Position numbers and translations under genes: made by a program
Part shown: one piece after another, positions 11,326 through 23,771 of the stretch
Position numbering within the stretch: position 1 is the first letter of the stretch
Layout of the letters: every line of letters starts with the position of its first letter
Assembly (NCBI GenBank): GCA_964016885.1
Contig: OZ024743.1
Coordinates: forward strand, 57,288,001-57,352,000
Direction of reading: 5' to 3'
DNA length: 64,000 bases
Origin: Eledone cirrhosa
Taxonomy: Eukaryota
Notes under the pieces: generated by a model
Seen by the model: the letters and a program-made list of their open reading frames with translations, nothing else
Databases searched by the model: none
Told to the model about the DNA's origin: nothing

Positions 11326-11776
11326 TATAAATGTATATATAGTGTATTTTGCAATACACAGTATGCTTAATTAAAAGCATTTTGAAGACCATACGCTATT
11401 ATTTTAAAATAGTGGCAATGTCACTTATTTAAATTTTCAGCAAACAAGGGAGATAAACTGACAGAGCTCTGTTTCGTTTTTTCGGTACTTATCAAAGCTC
11501 ACTGCTCCTCCTGTTTGCTGAAAATTATGTCTTGGATTCTTATAGAATTCCAATAATAATCAGGAACAGAGCGGTCGCCGGTCCAGCAGAAATTGAAAAT
11601 TAGAATTGGCGCTCTGAAATAGCGATATATATATGAATGTATATATAGTGTATTTTGTAATAGACTGTATGCTTAATTAAAAGCATTTTGAAGACCATAC
11701 GCTATTGTTTTAAAATAGTGACAATGTCACTTATTTAAATTTTCATCAAACAGGGGAGATAAACTGACAGAGCTCT
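11326..11776 (-). mobile_element. Retrozyme/pLTR-like unit: about 145-bp direct repeats with a 306-bp period and a hammerhead
   Basis: 11330-11470 is repeated at 11636-11776. A hammerhead motif lies at the repeat boundary. Confidence 0.65.
11432..11526 (-). ncRNA. Type I hammerhead ribozyme motif, U3-A8 core variant
   Basis: The minus strand reads GAGCU-UUGAUAA-GU..AC-GAAA-CAGAGCUCUG-UC-AGUUU. Stem III is palindromic (ACAGAGCTCTGT), stem I is extended (11432-11450 with 11508-11526) and stem II is weak. Confidence 0.65.
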
Positions 11777-12224
11777 ATTTATTAAGTCCCACAGCCGGCA
11801 AATATATTGCCTTCAGCCAGCTAGTGCAGGATCGAATGGGGCCGTAAACGTGACCTACAGCAGGTAGGTGCAATATGGATAGGTAAATATTTGAATTATA
11901 TTTTTTGAATTTATTTTGAAAGATTTTTTTGAATTTTACTTGTTCCGCTTATCTCAATTTTATACTTCTGGTATGTCAAATTAAAACCATTGAACAACAA
12001 CTGTATCATTGACACCCTATATATCTCCGAGGGTACTTAGTACTATACACTAATATACAATAAACATATGGGTAGCATCCCTCCGAGGCAAACTAAGTTT
12101 TTACACTTTCGGATTCGATAAACCAGTGGATTGGCAGAATTTTTAGAACATAAAAATAAATTACTGCTATCAATTCCTGTGTACTGGGTTCAAAATTTCC
12201 ATCCTACAGGAGTCGCTTCAATAG

Positions 12225-12550
12225 TTAAGTCCAAATTTGCCAACCAAGACCTCGTCAACGACATCTAAACCAACCGCTTCGACCTTCCCAGAAAGCAATG
12301 GGTGTCCTTTAATTGGAACTGCACAACACATGTCAGGACAGCTCATCATCTCCATCGATGGAAAATGAAATACAGCCCAGCATGTGACTGCGGGGACCCT
12401 GACCAGACAGTACTGCATATTGTTCAGGATTGCCTCAACAGATGTTTTCCCGGTAGCCTGAGGCAATCCATAATGTTGCAAATGAGACCTTAGTCTGGCT
12501 CGCTTGTCACGACTTGCCTCAATATTGTATATATGTCATACAAGAAGAAT
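12225..12550 (+). mobile_element. 3' fragment of a non-LTR retrotransposon (RTEX-like)
   Basis: Degenerate FDLPRKQW...SPACDCGDPDQTVLHIVQDC C-terminal knuckle ending in a short GAA tail. A homologous fragment lies on the minus strand at 40240-40580. Confidence 0.65.
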
Positions 12551-15073
12551 AGTTAGGTTATTGCAACATTTTTCCACAATTGTTTTCATCAATGGTTGTT
12601 ATTTTAGATATTCTGTCCAACTTTAGAAGTATGGTAGACCTTAATGGAGAAAATATTAAAATTGTCACGATTAATGTTGTGGATTTAATCTTTATTCCAT
12701 GATAATGTTTGTTCAACTTTCTATTTGAACAAGTCAAGTCATGCCTTTGACCTTATTATCCTATTGTTTCTTATACATTGATCCGTAGATCAGAGCGACG
12801 GGATTAGAAAGTATATAGAAGAAGGTAAGAACCATAATTATAAGTTTAGATAAATATGAGTGTCACAGTAGTTCATATATACTGAATGTCACATTAGAAA
12901 CATGTCTATTATCATAATCATCATCATCATTATCATCATCATCACTATTTTTGTCGTCACCAACGTCAGCACCACCACCAACAACAACAACAATTTGTAG
13001 GGATTAAACCGACCCCAGTGCGCGATTAGTACTTTATTTTATCGACCCCATAAGGATGAAAGGCAAATCTCACATCGGCGGGATTTGAATTCAGAAAGTA
13101 AAGGGTCATAACTCTATGCTACGAAGCATGGTATTTATATATAATAAACATACGCAAGTCTCTCTGTAAGTATTTTAAGTAACAGTTGCTGAGTTCGCTG
13201 GGACATGATCATATTTACAGCAAGATTTATTGAATATTTATTATACATAAACATATTGTGATGCTTTCATATACGCCTCTATTATGAACCACGCTATGTT
13301 AATGCTACTATTAATTAATACGAGCCCGTCAAACTCGCACTATATGCAAATGATTACCTCTTGAGAAGTACCGTACGCAAAATCTACATAAGTTATAGCT
13401 TATTCTGCCTTAGTACCGAGTGCGTAAACCGTCGATCGATAACAGTTCTGAAACATTCGTGTTGGCGTTCTCATGCATCTACTAAGGAAGCGGTGACATG
13501 ATCACAGCTTATACTCCCCATAACGAGAATTATCTATGTTTGTTATACATAAACAGATTCCTTCTCTACACAAGGAAATGTTTAGTTTGTCAGTTTCTTT
13601 TTCAAAATGTTTCTCTAAGCTGTTATCAGTTCCACATAAGATAATAGATATTTCACGAAGAAATCACACTAATAGTGTTATGCGAATAGAACTTCTAACC
13701 GTTAGAAACATTTTCTGTTTGGCTTCTAAACATATATTGCTATGACAATTGATAGAGAGAACAAAGAATTATTCTGAATTGCAATGAGTGCGTGAGTACC
13801 TGTATATATGTATGTGCACGTCAGTTTGTGAGTGTACATCTGCGAGTGAATACGTAGGCTTTGATGTCTTTTTTACATGGAATACATTTACAATTATTCG
13901 CTTAGCCATCGTAATTATTTCCCTTTGAAACCGATACTTACAGACAAAAGACAGCCATGTTATTTAAGAATATTATTGACTGGTTTTCACTTTTCACAAT
14001 TAGCATAAACATTCAAACATCGTTCTAAATGTTCCTATTACTTGAACTCTTAAACCTCTCCAATACTATTGAATGTATTTGCTGAGTGCACAAGCTCTCT
14101 TTTTCACAAAGACATGGACTCTTAACTTATGATGGAGTCGTAGCGGCCTCGTTGTATCATACACCTTGTCTTAGGCATTTTATTAAAAAAAACCTTCCAG
14201 AGAAAGAGCGAGAGAGATAGGAAAAAGAGATATAGAGGAAGAATCGATCCAACATTTAACTGATGCTGCATTTATTGACCTCGAAATGATGAAAGCAAAG
14301 TTGACTTCGGTGGGATTTGAACTCAGAACGCAGAGAGCTGGACCGAATATCGCAAAGCATTCCATCCAATTTTCCAATGATTTTCGTTTCTAGGTTTCTT
14401 AGACAAATAGTGAGCTCCATGAGTTGGACTGGGTGTTTCAGCACATCTCCCTCGTTGATCTCCGGGGTTATGGTTTTGCTATTTTGTCCGCTGAGACCAC
14501 TAAGCCACACCTATGCGAGGTTTTGCCCTTCAGAAAGACAGAACTTAAGAAATAAATAACGAGACAACTTTTGAATAGTTGATTGATGCGGTTACCATTT
14601 GGCACTACATACATGCATGCATATGTACATACACACAAGCTATTAATGGAACTGTAAAAATATGTAAAACATTCCAGACATTCAGCATGTAATAACAGCA
14701 TATACGTACTCGTGCTCAGATGTAGAAACATATGTATATGTGCACATATAAAACGAAAAACATACAGATCCACACATGCAATGTCATCCATATCTAAACA
14801 CATACATACATACATACACACATACATACAAGAAATATGTTTCAGTAGCGAATGTGAAATAAACTATAAGTTCAGTTTTCTTCCACAACATATTGAATAT
14901 ATTTACTGTGTGCATAAGTACCTAGTCTTAAAAAAAACAATCTTTCAACTAAAAATAGACCTGGTCTTGTGAGTTTACTCGCTACATCCAGGTAGGAATA
15001 TTTCATATAGTTCAAAGGCGCTCCTCCTACATCACTAATAGCCTTCGATTAATCGATTAATATTCCTTTATAA

Positions 15074-15143
<70 letters not shown>

Positions 15144-15299
15144 TCTCTCATACACACACGCGCGCACGCACACACACAAACACATACGCACACACACAGA
15201 GGCTCCCAAACACACACACACACACAGACTCACAGACGCACACATACTTCCGTTAGGACCTCTGTTGGTTCCAAACGACGAGTGTTCCGGTTGTTTGAA

Positions 15300-15575
15300 C
15301 AACTCCACATTCTGTTCGAAAAGTTAATGTGAACGTGGCTGACGATTCCACAGACACGTGTGTCGTTAACGTGGTTTTCTGGGAGATTAAGAGTGACACA
15401 GTGTTTGACAAATGTGATAATGTTTAATAACAGGTACAACTGACTCCCTGTCAACTGAGTGGATTGAATTAACGTGAAATAAAGCGTTTTGCTCAATGAC
15501 CCAATGCGTCACCTTCAATCGAACTGGATGACCTTGCGATCCCGGTCAGAACACGCTAACCACTAAGCCATGCCC
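15300..15575 (-). mobile_element. tRNA-derived SINE, second family
   Basis: Head GGCATGGCTTAGTGGTTAG on the minus strand. Related copies lie at about 33061-33370, 34075-34380, 36830-36960, 39123-39350, 41573-41830 and 55920-56200 on the plus strand. Confidence 0.6.
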
Positions 15576-16162
15576 CTTTCCACACATACACACACACATA
15601 CACACACACATACACACACACACACTCAACTACACATTCACATATACAATGGGTTCTTTATGCCGTTATACACAGGTATAAACGATGCTGCTGATAATGA
15701 CAACGGTGACCACCACCGCCGTCCCCACCACCGCCACCATCACCACCACCACCACCACTGCCACCACCGCCGCCGCCACCACCACCTCCACCACTACCAC
15801 CACTACCGCACACAGAGAAATTTATGCAGATATAGATGTGTGTGTATGCGAGCATGCTCCTTTATGTCAGGGGCTGTTTTTATGCGCATGCGTATGTAAG
15901 TGCATGTATATCGATTAGATTATCAGATGTAGGTGTGTATGTGTGTGTGTGTGCGTGTGCGCGCGCATTCTTGTTCCTTTATATGTATGTGTGTGACATT
16001 GTTTGTTTGTATGGATATGTTTTAATGTATTTTGTGTGCTTGTGAGTTTAAATGAGTGTACTACGATTACATAATCAAATGTAGATGTGTATGTATGTGT
16101 GTGTGTGTGAGTGTGTGAGTGCGTGTGTGCGCATGTGTATCTATTGGTTGGATAATCAAATG

Positions 16163-16194
<32 letters not shown>

Positions 16195-16255
16195 CGTGTG
16201 TGTGTGTGTGTGAGTGTGTGTGTGTGTGTGTATGTATGCTGGTTAGATAATCAAA

Positions 16256-16289
<34 letters not shown>

Positions 16290-16339
16290 CAATATTAAAT
16301 AAATGGAAAACTATATTTATAAAACCATATTTATTTCAT

Positions 16340-16392
16340 TATATATATTTCGGGGATATCATATTAACAATATGCTATGCCTTCATCAGACA
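16340..16392 (-). ncRNA. Degenerate hammerhead-like motif in a PLE pLTR remnant
   Basis: The minus strand reads CUGAUGA-AGG..CAUAUU/AAUAUG..CC-GAAA. Stems I and III are poorly supported. Confidence 0.35.
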
Positions 16393-16704
16393 AAATACAA
16401 TATAAACAGTTTTATAGATAAATATATTCGACATACCGTAATAAACATCAACTTCATTTGAAGAGGTTCACTCTAGCAGTGAAAATACAGAGAGAAAGAA
16501 AGAGAGAGAGAAAAGAGGGAAATAAGAAAGAAAGAAAGACGAAACGAAGAAAAGGAAGAAAAAGAAGAAAAAGAAGAAATGCATGGGACAAAATAGAGAG
16601 ATGGAAAAATAGATAAAGCGAAGAGCTTCATGTAAAGAGACCGAAAGAGATATATATATATATATAGAGAGAGGAAATAGAGATAGATACATATATAAAT
16701 ATAG

Positions 16705-16762
<58 letters not shown>

Positions 16763-16763
16763 A

Positions 16764-16824
<61 letters not shown>

Positions 16825-17129
16825 ACGTGTGTGTGTTGGTTAGATAATCAAGGTCGAAGTTGTTTTGTTTCTTTTTCCAAATATTCAGAAGAATGAATGG
16901 ATTCTGTAAAGAAATATATATTATGAATTCTGCTATTCTATATATCTATGGATCTCATATGGATTATAGTTGCTAACTTATTCTATCCCTTTCTTATGTT
17001 TGGTCGAGAAGAATGAAGAATTAAAATACAGAAATGCCAACGTTTCAAATACAGTTGATATGCTTCTGTTAAAGTTCAACTCTAACTCCGCCATTTTCTC
17101 TTCCTCGTTTCCCTTCTTCCATTAGATAT

Positions 17130-17365
17130 ATAAGGACTGTAATGTATTTTAGTGTCTGTGGAAGAAGCGGTTTACAGTAGAGAAGCTAATATAAGGACTG
17201 TATTGTATTTCACTGTCTATAGAAGATGGTTATAGCAAAGAATCTACTATTAGGATTATATTGTATTGGACTGGCTGCAGAAAACGTTTACTGTAGGGAA
17301 CTCACTAGTGGGTCTGTATTGTATTTCACTCTCTCTATAAGAAGAATGTTATAGCTGAGAATCTT
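17130..17365 (+). repeat. About 60-bp minisatellite, about 4 degenerate units
   Basis: The motif TAAGGACTGTATTGTATTTCACTGTCT..AGAAGA..GTT.ACAG recurs. Confidence 0.7.
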
Positions 17366-17891
17366 AGATAATCTATGGCTTTTACTTTGAACTCTGCTAC
17401 ATCATACGTCAAAACTTTACGTTAGTGAGATGTGATTTGGCTGAATCATGCGTCAAAGATTTTTATAGTTTTTATATTTTCGTATTTGAAGGTTGAGAAT
17501 GTTTCAAAGGAAAGGATTTTCCTTTTAGCAACAGTTGCCATATTCTATGAAGAATTGTATGTATGCATGGATTCAAAACCCCCGGTGGAGTCGTATGGCG
17601 TGTCTTGGACGTTTTAATCCTGGCGAAGCTCATCTCGTCTCCAGGTATGAACAGCCGATTTCTTCCAAAGAAAGTGGGAGTGAGAAAGAGAAATAGAGGA
17701 ATGGTACTTTTTTTTTATCGACATCGAAAGTTAGAAAGGCAAAATTGATTTAACATAGCGCAGAGAGCCGGACTGAATACCATTATTATTATTATTATTA
17801 TTATTATTGTTGTTATTCCTTGAATCTCAGTCATTGATGTTGGTTAACTGGAAAGTCCGTTGGATTGAATATCAAGCCACTACCTGCAGCC

Positions 17892-20800
17892 TCAGATATT
17901 CAGGACGTATCGGAGGGTTCTTGCTGTTCCAAGCAAGCATGCCCTTTGAAGCGTTCCAAAAAGCGTGAAGGGGCCGATTTTCTTTAACCATCCCTGGAAA
18001 CTTTTGGAGATAGTCCCCAGTGCGCCTATGACAATCGGGATCACTTTGACTTCATGGCAGTTCCAAATCCTTTTCACCTCCCACTTTAGGTCCTGGTATC
18101 GGTTAATTTTCTCCCTCTCCTTCTCTTGCACTCTCGTGTCGAACGGGCAGGCCACATCCACAATCAGACACGATCTTTTTTCTTTGTCCACAACCACCAG
18201 GTCAGGTCTATTGTGTTCCAGTTTTTTGTCCGTCTGTATCCTAAAATCCCACAGCACCTTCACCTGATTGTTCTCCATCACCGCCTCTGGCCTATGCTCA
18301 TACCATTTCTCAGAATGTGGTAAATTGTTTACTTTGCACAGGTGCCAGTGGATCACCCTGCCCATCACATCGTGTCTCCAGCCCTTATAGTGGGTCTGGG
18401 CTAGGTGTTTACACTCGGACACAATGTGAGCCACAGTCTCCTCTCTCTCTCCACAGATCCTGCACAGTGGGCTAGCCTCCTCCTTGTAAATATGGTGCTT
18501 CAACCACTTCGTTTTGAGGGCCTGCTCCTGTGCAGCCATTAGCATTCCTTCTGTAGCCTTTTTGAGGTCTCCTCTTCTCAACCAGTTCCGTGTCTGTGGA
18601 TCTCTAAATTCAGTTTTCTCAAAGAAGGTACTATGAAGGGATTTTCCCTTAAGGCTGCTCTTCCTCCTTGATGTTATTTCCTCCTTGGACATCCCCTGGC
18701 CTACTGTCCCCTCCTTCAGTACAGTTCTGAGCATTGGCTCCTTACTATAGGTCACGTATTTGTATAGGTTGTTTTTCTCCATCTGAACACAGTCCTCTAT
18801 GCTGATAAGACCTCTTCCACCCTCAGATCTCCTTAGGTAGAGTCTATCGACATCACTCCTCTTGTGGAACATGTTGTAGATAGTCAATAGCTTCCTAGTC
18901 TTCCTATCCATTTCTTTTTGTTCAGCAACATTCCATCTCAGAATTCCCGCACTGTACCTAATAATAGACACAGCTCGGGAATTTACTGCGCTTATGGCAT
19001 TTCTGCTGTTCAGATGTGACTTCAATACGCTCCTTACTCTCCGAATGTATTCAATTCTTAACAATTCCTTCATTTTTTTGTTCTTTATGCCATCAGCCTC
19101 CACAACGCCCAAATACTTGTATCCTTCCTCAGAGTCAATTTCCTTTATCATCTCACCTGTTGGTATCTGGATCCCGTTACTTCTGCTCAACCTACCCCTC
19201 CTCATCACAATGACTCCACATTTACCAATACCAAACTGCATACATATATCACTGCTGAAAATACGGACAGTGTCAACAAGCACATCCAACTCCTTCTCAC
19301 TTTTCCCGAAGAGCTTAAGATCGTCCATGAAGAGGAGGTGATTGATGGTAAGCTCTCCCCTTCCCAACTTGTATCCTGCTCTCACTTTTCGCAGCATAAT
19401 GGTCAAGGGCATCAGGGCAAGGACAAACAACAGAGGGGACAGGCTATCTCCCTGGAAGATACCTCTCTTGATCTTCACGCTTCCCAAGGATACTCCAGTT
19501 GATGTCAACTCTGTCTCCCAGGACCCCATACTCCTGCCTAGCAACTGTCTGATGTTATCTGCCACCCTGAAGATCTCCAGGCTTTTGGTGATCCAAGAAT
19601 GAGGCACCATGTCAAATGCCTTTCTGTAGTCTATCCATCCCATGGCAAGATCAGTGTATCTCCTCCTGCAATTCCCCATTACCATCTTATCAATAAGTAA
19701 CTGGTCCTTTGTACCACGTGACTTCTTTCGGCATCCTTTCTGTTCGTCCGGTAACAAGTTGTTTGTGTGGAGGTGATGGTAGATTTCCTCAGACACAATG
19801 CTCGTCAACAGTTTCCACATTACGGACAGACATGTGATAGGTCTATAGTTGGTAACATCATTACCCTTGATTCGGTCTTTCATTATCAGAACTGTGGTAC
19901 CTTTTGTCAACCACTCTGGCACCTCACCCGACACCAAGCAGTCATTGAACATGGCCGTCAGCTTCGGGTGGAGGGATGTTAAATGTTTAATCCAATACCC
20001 CTGCACACCATCTGGGCCTGGTGATTTCCAGTTGGTTAGTTTTTTGGCCTGCCCCTTAAGAGTTTCAACTGTGATACTCAAATCAGTTTGTTGTTGTGCC
20101 TGCTCACCGATCTCCCTCTGTACTGTCTCAATCCACCCTGCCTGGACATTATGTCTAACATCCTGCTCCCATATTCCTCTCCAGAATGTTTTAGTTTGTT
20201 CCGCCTCAGGGATCAAGTCGTTGCCTCTTTCTTTCCCTTCAAGCTGTCCAAACAGCATCTTCTGGTTGTTGTCGAACATGCGGTTCTGTCGATACTGGCT
20301 GACTCTGTTCTCGTATCGCCTGATTTTTGCACTCTTTGCTACAATGCGTTGCTTCAGTTCCTCTATGATAATATTTAGCTTTTTCCTCCTAGTTTTGTAC
20401 TTTATTTCCAGTCTATTTTTAGTGTCTATGTTTTTTAGTGTCCCATTCAGTAGGGACTCAAGCTTTCCAATGTCATTTCTCATTTCCCTGATTTGACCAC
20501 TCAGTCGTTTCTTCCACCAAGGCTCTGCTCTTTCTTGTCTGTTGTTTCCTCTCGCTTTTATACCAAGTAGTTTCCTCACCGTATTTGCTGTTGCTTTGAG
20601 GATATTGTTGCACTGGTGAAGGCTCCTCGCCTCAAGGTATGGGATGACTTTTTTTACCTTAGCTGTTGTTTCTTTTAACTTTTTCCTGTCTACAAATCTT
20701 AGGTTCATAGGTCTCCCACTATCATTGTTCAATTCATCTACCACTAAGTTTAGGATATCTACCAAATCTTGTCCTAGCCCGTCAGCATTCATCTCCTCAG

Positions 20801-21317
20801 TGGCCGTATCTCTGTTCCAGGTATTATTTATCTCAGCATTCAGATCATTGTTTGTATCGGGTGGTTTCTCCGTTCTCTCGACCTCTTCACCTTCATTTCC
20901 CACTGGCTCGTTTGCCTGGCATACTCCACCCTCCATCTCCAAGCTAATCTCTCTGCCCAGTTCCTCCAGTTCCAGCTCGCTTATCCACCCATTAGTTCTT
21001 ATTACCCGAGCCTGCCCGGCCAGTTTTTGTTCATCTAATTTAAATGGACCAATCTCGTTCCAGATGTTATGCATCCTTTTCCTATAGCCTTTCTCCTTGG
21101 GGTTACTCTTCAGGTAACATTGCATAACAGTTCTATTCAATTCTTTCGTCCAGTTGGTTCTGGTCCCTTTCCTTCTTCTTCTTCCTCCGACACCAGCAGT
21201 ATTTGGTTGACAGCCAGGTCCCTGCTGCTGAGCCAGGGAGCACCTGTTGGGTGAGAGTCTGTCACATGACATTCTAGTCTCCATTTCACCGTTATTCGAA
21301 CTGTTTAGGTTCGACAT
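17892..21317 (-). CDS. Reverse transcriptase with C-terminal CCHC finger and restriction-like (PD-D/ExK) endonuclease, 1141 aa
   Basis: Motifs include [58 protein letters not shown] and RPDLVV..VDVACP..EREK. No stops or frameshifts. Confidence 0.95.
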   Translation of the reverse strand: MSNLNSSNNGEMETRMSCDRLSPNRCSLAQQQGPGCQPNTAGVGGRRRRKGTRTNWTKELNRTVMQCYLKSNPKEKGYRKRMHNIWNEIGPFKLDEQKLAGQARVIRTNGWISELELEELGREISLEMEGGVCQANEPVGNEGEEVERTEKPPDTNNDLNAEINNTWNRDTATEEMNADGLGQDLVDILNLVVDELNNDSGRPMNLRFVDRKKLKETTAKVKKVIPYLEARSLHQCNNILKATANTVRKLLGIKARGNNRQERAEPWWKKRLSGQIREMRNDIGKLESLLNGTLKNIDTKNRLEIKYKTRRKKLNIIIEELKQRIVAKSAKIRRYENRVSQYRQNRMFDNNQKMLFGQLEGKERGNDLIPEAEQTKTFWRGIWEQDVRHNVQAGWIETVQREIGEQAQQQTDLSITVETLKGQAKKLTNWKSPGPDGVQGYWIKHLTSLHPKLTAMFNDCLVSGEVPEWLTKGTTVLIMKDRIKGNDVTNYRPITCLSVMWKLLTSIVSEEIYHHLHTNNLLPDEQKGCRKKSRGTKDQLLIDKMVMGNCRRRYTDLAMGWIDYRKAFDMVPHSWITKSLEIFRVADNIRQLLGRSMGSWETELTSTGVSLGSVKIKRGIFQGDSLSPLLFVLALMPLTIMLRKVRAGYKLGRGELTINHLLFMDDLKLFGKSEKELDVLVDTVRIFSSDICMQFGIGKCGVIVMRRGRLSRSNGIQIPTGEMIKEIDSEEGYKYLGVVEADGIKNKKMKELLRIEYIRRVRSVLKSHLNSRNAISAVNSRAVSIIRYSAGILRWNVAEQKEMDRKTRKLLTIYNMFHKRSDVDRLYLRRSEGGRGLISIEDCVQMEKNNLYKYVTYSKEPMLRTVLKEGTVGQGMSKEEITSRRKSSLKGKSLHSTFFEKTEFRDPQTRNWLRRGDLKKATEGMLMAAQEQALKTKWLKHHIYKEEASPLCRICGEREETVAHIVSECKHLAQTHYKGWRHDVMGRVIHWHLCKVNNLPHSEKWYEHRPEAVMENNQVKVLWDFRIQTDKKLEHNRPDLVVVDKEKRSCLIVDVACPFDTRVQEKEREKINRYQDLKWEVKRIWNCHEVKVIPIVIGALGTISKSFQGWLKKIGPFTLFGTLQRACLLGTARTLRYVLNI

Positions 21318-21384
21318 TTAAACACTCTTATCGAGGATTGGCGAATGTATGGCTACATAACCACCGGTGAATTACTGGTGGTGA

Positions 21385-22362
21385 TATTGGTGGTGAAATT
21401 ATCTTTAGTGAAATTATCGTTAGTCGCGTATATGTGTTGACATTTACCCATAATATTGGAATTAAACATCTTGTTAAAACTAAAACTTGATTTTGATTTT
21501 TTTTTTTTGATTTTGACCAGGTCATTAATTCAGTCTATTTATTTATTTTGATGTTTTCCTCTTTTAGTGGGAATTCTACAATGTAGCAGGGGGTAGCGGG
21601 AGAGAATAGCGGCGGTAGTGATATTGAGGCAGCGGCGGCGGTGGCGGTGCTGTGCTAGCAGCAACTAGCAGGAGGTAGTGGGAGAGAATAGCGGCGGTAG
21701 CGATAGTGAGGCAGCGGTGGTGGTGATGTGGTCGTATTACTGTAGTGATGGTGTTGAAGTTGGAGTAGAAATTTGAGTCGACTTGACCAGAGTTTTCATC
21801 GTGGTAGTGGTGGTGGTATTGGTGGTGAAATTATCTTTAGTGAAATTATCGTTAGTCGCGTATATGTGTTGACATTTACCCATAATATTGGAATTAAACA
21901 TTTTGTTAAAACTAAAACTTGATTTTTATTTTTTTTATTTTTTTTTTTTATTTTGACCAGGTCATTAATTCAGTCTATTTATTTATTTTGATGTTTTCCT
22001 CTTTTAGTGGGAATTCTACAATGTAGCAGGGGGTAGCGGGAGAGAATAGCGGCGGTAGTGATATTGAGGCAGCGGCGGCGGTGGCGGTGCTGTGCTAGCA
22101 GCAACTAGCAGGAGGTAGTGGGAGAGAATAGCGGCGGTAGCGATAGTGAGGCAGCGGTGGTGGTGATGTGGTCGTATTACTCTAGTGATGGTGTTGAAGT
22201 TGGAGTAGAAATTTGAGTCGACTTGACCAGAGTTTTCATCGTGATAGTGGTGGTGGTATTGGTGGTGAAATTATCTTTAGTGAAATTATCGTTAGTCGCG
22301 TATATGTGTTGACATTTATCCATAATATTGGAATTAAACATTTTGTTAAAACTAAAACTTGA
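21385..22362. repeat. About 435-bp tandem repeat (about 2.25 copies) in the Dong 5' region
   Basis: Units start at 21385, 21817 and 22257 (TATTGGTGGTGAAATTATCTTTAG). They are near identical except for poly-T length. Confidence 0.92.
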
Positions 22363-22796
22363 AGCAATAGTAATAGTAATTATTATTATTATGCTGAGAT
22401 TGGTGGTGGTGGTGGTGACATTGCCGTTATCGGGCTGTTGTGTTTAGTGTACACAGAGGGGTGATGGGGTAGGTGGTGTATCTAGTTTCTGATGTTGGTG
22501 AAATTGCTGTTATTTGGCTGTTCTATATAGTGTAGACATAGGGGGTTTTCTTCCATTTATAACCATTTTCTTTTTGAATATAAAATGTATAATACAAAAT
22601 TGAATATTTGAGCGATATAACAATATATTGTGGATCCGAATTTTTTGGGACTCAAGCTGGATGTGTTATGCAACATTTGTACTAAGAATTGTTATTTCAC
22701 AATTGATTTAAATATTTTAAAAAATCAAAACTTACGGGAGCGATTTCTCGACCTTCTATCCACCATGTGTGTCTTCTTCTTCTTCTTCTTCTTCTT

Positions 22797-22859
<63 letters not shown>

Positions 22860-22860
<1 letters not shown>

Positions 22861-23702
22861 CTTGAATCTCAGTCATTGATGTTAGTTAACTGGAAAGTTT
22901 GTTGGAATGAATATCAAGCCACTACCTGCAGCCTCAGATATTCAGGACGTATCGGAGGGTTCTTGCTGTTCCCAGCAAGCATGCCCTTTGAAGCGTTCCA
23001 AAAAGCGTGAAGGGGCCGATTTTCTTTAACCATCCCTGGAAACTTTTTGAGATAGTCCCTAGTGCGCCTATGACAATCGGGATCACTTTGACTTCATGGC
23101 AGTTCCAAATCCTTTTTACCTCCCACTTTAAGTCCTGGTATCGGTTAATTTTCTCCCTCTCTTTCTCTTGCACTCTCGTGTCGAATGGGCAGGCCACATC
23201 CACAATCAGACACGATCTTTTTTCTTTGTCCACAACCACCAGGTCAGGTCTATTGTGTTCCAGTTTCTTGTCCGTCTGTATCCTAAAATCCCACAGCACC
23301 TTCACCTGATCGTTCTCCATCACCGCCTCTGGCTTATGCTCATACCATTTCTCAGAATGTGGTAAATTGTTTACTTTGCACAGGTGCCAGTGGATCACCC
23401 TGCCCATCACATCATGTCTCCAGCCCTTATAGTGGGTCTGGGCTAGGTGTTTACACTCGGATACAACGTGATCCACAGTCTCCTCTCTCTCTCCACAGAT
23501 CCTGCACAGTGGGCTAGCCTCCTCCTTGCAAATATGGTGTTTCAACCACTTCGTTTTGAGGGCCTGCTCCTGCGCAGCCATTAACATTCCTTCTGTAGCC
23601 TTTTTAAGGTCTCCTCTTCTCAACCAGTTCCATGTCTGTGGATCTCTAAATTCAGTTTTCTCAAAGAAGGTACTTTGAAGGGATTTTTCCTGAAGGCTGC
23701 TC
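22860..23702 (-). mobile_element. R4/Dong element, 5'-truncated copy 2
   Basis: CCHC plus RLE and 3' UTR nearly identical to copy 1. Bounded by (TTC)n(TTA)n at 22772-22859 and 23703-23771. Confidence 0.93.
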
Positions 23703-23723
23703 CTTCTTCTTCTTCTTCTTCTT

Positions 23724-23754
<31 letters not shown>

Positions 23755-23771
23755 TTATTATTATTATTATT

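Larger units (their letters stand above)
17818..22771 (-). mobile_element. R4/Dong-clade non-LTR retrotransposon, full-length copy 1
   Basis: Single intact ORF, short 3' UTR followed by (TAA)n at 17782-17817, and an approximately 1.45-kb 5' region bounded by (GAA)n. Confidence 0.88.

Noticed and set aside
17130-17365. Regularly spaced repeats resembling a CRISPR array
   Set aside because: The whole unit is repeated with no unique spacers, there are no cas genes, and the context is eukaryotic.
18994-21087. Long antisense ORFs opposite the Dong and Tx1 coding regions
   Set aside because: They are shadow frames of the coding strand with no independent motifs.
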